DNA of 64,000 nt from an uncultured Bacillota bacterium (GTDB lineage Bacteria > Bacillota > DTU025 > MWDF01), in the NCBI GenBank assembly GCA_963823655.1, contig CAWGMK010000002.1, positions 1 through 64,000 of the forward strand, given 5' to 3'. Numbering within the stretch: position 1 is the first letter of the stretch; each line of letters opens with the position of its first letter. The notes beneath the pieces were generated by a model that ran no database searches, was not told the DNA's origin, and saw nothing but the letters and a program-made list of their open reading frames with translations. This document shows, piece after piece, positions 60,543 to 64,000 of this stretch. The position numbers and the translations under genes were made by a program.

Positions 60543-60585
60543 AGGGCGGAGGTGACGCTGATCTGCGATCTGCAACCTCCGCCCT
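60543..60585 (-). terminator. Hairpin after tyrS
   Basis: AGGGCGGAGGT / ACCTCCGCCCT inverted repeat with a long loop. Confidence 0.5.
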
Positions 60586-60636
60586 CAATAGGCAATATCT
60601 ACTTGATATGTTCTATTATCAGCCCACGGGATCCGG

Positions 60637-61899
60637 TCAGCCCTTCAGCTCGATCTTCAGGAAATTCTTCTTTCCCCTCTTGGCTATCACATAACCCTTT
60701 TCGAAGTGAGAAAGGCTCAGCGTGTGGTCAATATCGGAGATCTTCTCGCCGTCTATCATGAGGGCATTCTGGTCTATCATCCGCTTTACCTCGGACTTCG
60801 AGGGAAGGAACCCCACTTCTACAAGCAGGTCTACTACCTTCACGCCGCCGTCGACCAGATTCCTGCCCACCTGGACGCTTGGAAGGTTGTCCACGTTCTC
60901 ATTGGTGCCGAAGAGGGTGGAGACCGCATCTACTACCTTGTCCGCCTCCTCCTGGCCGTGTACGAGCTTTGTGATCTCGTAGGCCATGAGCCTCTTCGCG
61001 GCTAGGATGTCCTTCTCGCACACCGACTTTATATAGTCCAGATCGAGCCTTGTGAACAGCCTGAGAAGGAGCTCTACGCTTGAATCCTCGACATTGTAGA
61101 AGTACTGGTGGAAATCGAAGGGGGTGGTCTTCTCCCTGGCGACCCACAAGGTGCCGCTTTCGGTCTTGCCCATCTTCTTGCCTTCCTTTGTCATAAGCAA
61201 TGGACAGGTCAGGCCGAAGAGGTCCTTTTCGTAGTCTCCCGCGTCCTCCTCGATGTTGTTCAGCTTCCTGTTGAGCATGGAGCCGGCCACGATGTTGCCC
61301 CACTGGTCGCTGCCGCCGATTTGCATGGTGCAGCCGTAATCCCTGTTGAGGCGCACGAAATCGTATGCTTGCATCGGCATGTAGGCCATTTCAAGGAAGG
61401 TCAGCCCGCCCTCCTTGATCCTTGTGGCATAGGTCTCCGCCGAGAGCATCCTGTTGATGTTGAAATGTATGCCTATGTCGCGCATGAAATCTATATAGCT
61501 GTAAGCGCAGATCCAATCCGCGTTGTTGGTAATGATGGCGGCGTTGTCGCCTGTCGTTATGATGAACTTCTTGGCAAGCTCTTTTACCTCTTCCAGGTTG
61601 GCCGCTACCTTCTCCTTTGGAAGCATCTTGCGCATATCGCTCTTGCCGCTGGGATCTCCCACCAGGGCAGTGGCACCGCCCACGAGCAGTATGCCCTTGT
61701 GGCCGGCGTCTTGTAGATGGCGGAACATCATAAGCGCGAAGAAGTGGCCGATATGAAGGCTGTCGGCTGTGGGGTCTATGCCTAGATAGAATACGGTCGG
61801 TTCGCCATCTATCAGCTTCTTGATCCTCTCCGGGTCGGTAGCCTGGTAGATGAAGCCGCGCTCCTTCAGGGCCTCGTATGTGCTGTGATTGCTGCTCAT
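60637..61899 (-). CDS. tyrS: Tyrosine--tRNA ligase
   Basis: GIDPTADSLHIGH, GDPSGK, QAYDF, QIGGSDQWGNI, KMGKT, C-terminal S4 domain. Confidence 0.96.
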   Translation of the reverse strand: MSSNHSTYEALKERGFIYQATDPERIKKLIDGEPTVFYLGIDPTADSLHIGHFFALMMFRHLQDAGHKGILLVGGATALVGDPSGKSDMRKMLPKEKVAANLEEVKELAKKFIITTGDNAAIITNNADWICAYSYIDFMRDIGIHFNINRMLSAETYATRIKEGGLTFLEMAYMPMQAYDFVRLNRDYGCTMQIGGSDQWGNIVAGSMLNRKLNNIEEDAGDYEKDLFGLTCPLLMTKEGKKMGKTESGTLWVAREKTTPFDFHQYFYNVEDSSVELLLRLFTRLDLDYIKSVCEKDILAAKRLMAYEITKLVHGQEEADKVVDAVSTLFGTNENVDNLPSVQVGRNLVDGGVKVVDLLVEVGFLPSKSEVKRMIDQNALMIDGEKISDIDHTLSLSHFEKGYVIAKRGKKNFLKIELKG

Positions 61900-62373
61900 T
61901 TTTCTCTCCGTTCCTCGCGGGCCAAGCGGTTTTTCTAAAGTATGCGACCGGCAAATTGAATAAATGGCTGCCTGCTCCCGCGCATCGGTCTTGCCGCTAA
62001 TCTCTATTCTAGCAATCCGTTAAGTCGATTGTAATTAGAACGGGAGAAAGAATAAAGGAATATCCTAAGAACTGCTCATGAATCTGCGGACGAACAGGTG
62101 CGGCAACACGGACCAAATATCGGTCCACGACTTGAGGGAGCCTATATTCGAGCTTGTGCGCGCAGACCGACAAAGGAACTTGAAATGGCCTTTGGAAGGC
62201 ATTTCTTGTTGCAGATTATGATTATTTCTGAAAAGTGCCATCAAACGTCTATAAAACATTAAAATAATTATTATATAATATATGCAAATAAATGTGCGAA
62301 ATAAGTAGTACAATAGGATTATCAGTTATGGAGCTAATCAGACTGAGAATAATATGTAGGAAGAGGAAAACAC

Positions 62374-62742
62374 ATGAGTTCAGAATTTGGAAACGGTATG
62401 AAGAATTTCGCGGTTGGTGCTGGAATTGGCCTGGGCTTAGGCGTAATTGCAGGCATACTGCTCGCGCCCAAGTCGGGGAAAGAAACGCTAAACGACTTCT
62501 CTAACGGGGCAAGGCGGATAGCCGAGACGGCCAAGAAAGATATGAACAACGTCGAGAAACAGATAATGGACAAGGTGGATAGCATCAGCGGGGCGATCTC
62601 GAAGATGGAGAGGAACACTAAGGACGGAATGGCAAGAGGAATTAGGAAAGCCTCGGATGTTGCGGAAGAGACTGTAGACGCTGCAAAGGCAGGCATTGAC
62701 AACCTGGTCAAAGGCGTAGAGAAGCTGCAGGCTAACAACTAA
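62374..62742 (+). CDS. YtxH-domain protein
   Basis: G-rich TM helix then LLAPKSGKET and a coiled tail. Confidence 0.82.
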   Translation: MSSEFGNGMKNFAVGAGIGLGLGVIAGILLAPKSGKETLNDFSNGARRIAETAKKDMNNVEKQIMDKVDSISGAISKMERNTKDGMARGIRKASDVAEETVDAAKAGIDNLVKGVEKLQANN

Positions 62743-62784
62743 TAGGTGCCCGTGGCCTTCGCCCGGACTCTTGGAGGAATTTCA

Positions 62785-63183
62785 ATGTTCATAAGCTTTC
62801 TCGACGTATTAAGTATCCTGGCAATATGCATAGGAGCGGTTGCTGTAATCTACATCGTCATCGCCTTGAATCACTTCATAGGGTTTTTCAAGAGGCTTAA
62901 TGGGATTCTAGATGCGAACAGAGTCAGCATAGACTCTGCAATCATTGCGCTGCCTGCAACAATAGAAAATCTTAACGGGGCAGTGAAAAGCATCAATGAA
63001 TTCACAAAAAAAGCAGGCGTGGTTGCTAATTCCGTCGATAATGTTGTATCCAACGCTATATCGGTAGTCAGCAATACGACTGCCGGCATCCTGAGCATCG
63101 GAAGAACGGCAACCGAGGCGGCAAAGTACTCTATGAGGCTATTCAATAGAAAGCCCGGAAACGACGAACAGGGCAACAGATAA
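62785..63183 (+). CDS. DUF948/YoxC-like membrane-anchored coiled protein
   Basis: RBS GGAGG before ATG 62785; TM then helical segment; usual neighbour of YtxH. Confidence 0.6.
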   Translation: MFISFLDVLSILAICIGAVAVIYIVIALNHFIGFFKRLNGILDANRVSIDSAIIALPATIENLNGAVKSINEFTKKAGVVANSVDNVVSNAISVVSNTTAGILSIGRTATEAAKYSMRLFNRKPGNDEQGNR

Positions 63184-63525
63184 GAGCTAGGCTATGGCGT
63201 CGTTCATGAGCGCCTATGTTGGACATTTGCATGGGAAACTGGCGACGCCAATATATTGGGTCTGGCCATCGATAATTCATTAATGATTTGCCGAATGAGG
63301 CTATTTGGCAGGAGTGATATGAGCTGCGAAGGAGAAAGGTGAATATAAATCAGGTTTAAATACGAGCCGATCTCAATTTTTCATCGAAGTCTGATAGATT
63401 TTCGCTCCAGTTGCAGATGCAATAAATAGTGCAAATAAAATTGCATTAGATTATTGTGGCAATTATTTATAGTATTATGTATTATGAAATAAGAATGTAT
63501 ATTCACTGACTATGAGGTGCACGAA

Positions 63526-63790
63526 ATGATAATTCGCCTTGAAATCCATTGTGTCGAATTCCGAGATAATCAAGAACTACCGAACTTGCAGAGACAAGGC
63601 CCAAAGCTTGGGAAAGGTTTTCATATTCAAAAACAACAAGGCAGACGCCGTGTTGTTCTCAATAGCCGAATATGAGAAGCTGTCGGAAATAATAGAATAT
63701 ATCGATGGACTGGAAAATCCGGTCTCCATTGATGATCTAAAGATACGGATAAATGAAAGCATCGAAAAGGCGAATCCAGAAAAGAGCTGA
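63526..63790 (+). CDS. Phd/YefM-like antitoxin-fold protein (probable frameshift just after the start)
   Basis: RBS GAGGTG before ATG 63526; SIVSNSEIIKNY...GKVFIFKNNKADAVLFSIAEYEKL. Confidence 0.62.
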
Positions 63791-64000
63791 GTTGCTCCTC
63801 TTTCAGATTAGTCCTACCGAGCATTGTGTAGGCACAAGTAAGCTCGTCAAGCTTTCTTCTTTAGCCAACAAAACCAATATCACAACCAGATAGCCAGAAG
63901 AGGAACACGGAACAGATGAACTGTAGCCCACCATCCTATCAGCTGAATTCTCAAAATTAGGCGCAAGCTTAGCTTAACCTTCTGCAACCTACCCAAGAAA

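Noticed and set aside
61900-62100. T-box leader for tyrS
   Set aside because: Expected in many Bacillota, but no T-box core or leader terminator is visible on the minus strand.
1-64000. CRISPR array, rRNA, intact transposase or integrase; long antisense ORFs such as 47056..48285, 49379..50290 and 53326..54297
   Set aside because: No regularly spaced repeats or recognisable motifs were seen; the antisense ORFs are shadows of well-supported genes in GC-rich coding DNA.

Overview
A 64-kb chromosomal window from an anaerobic, Bacillota-like bacterium (strong GGAGG ribosome sites, SigA- and SigH-type promoters, CsoR). Single-base frameshifts interrupt about 20 genes, including core ones, so most are probably assembly indels rather than real pseudogenes. 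The left part (1-13.4 kb) has an Fe3+/polyamine-class ABC operon, an AAA/DUF4143 ATPase, a DUF3798 sugar/nucleoside-class ABC operon, a zinc-ribbon protein, a flavodoxin, deoC and tRNA-Lys(TTT). A 25-kb accessory tract (13.5-38.7 kb) runs from tRNA-Lys to an inverted, decayed tRNA-Lys-like fragment. It holds two convergent secreted proteins built from a pseudo-hydrolase plus esterase module that share a 25-bp palindromic operator, four paralogous lipoproteins each behind a SigH-like promoter, a YxlEFG-like ABC exporter, gene remnants and a DUF4386/DUF6326 membrane-protein cluster. The right part has DUF2975/HTH, a GT2, an F390-like ligase with a membrane acyltransferase-like gene, a CsoR-CopA-CopZ copper locus with a two-component system, and a 2-oxoacid:ferredoxin oxidoreductase. 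It also has a thiol-redox block (tcyP-cdr, tandem monothiol thioredoxin-fold protein, and a UGA-recoded selenoperoxiredoxin-like gene that the ORF track splits), tyrS, YtxH/DUF948-like genes and an orphan Phd-like gene. No CRISPR array, rRNA or intact transposase/integrase was seen. Family assignments are by motif recognition only; no database searches were run.
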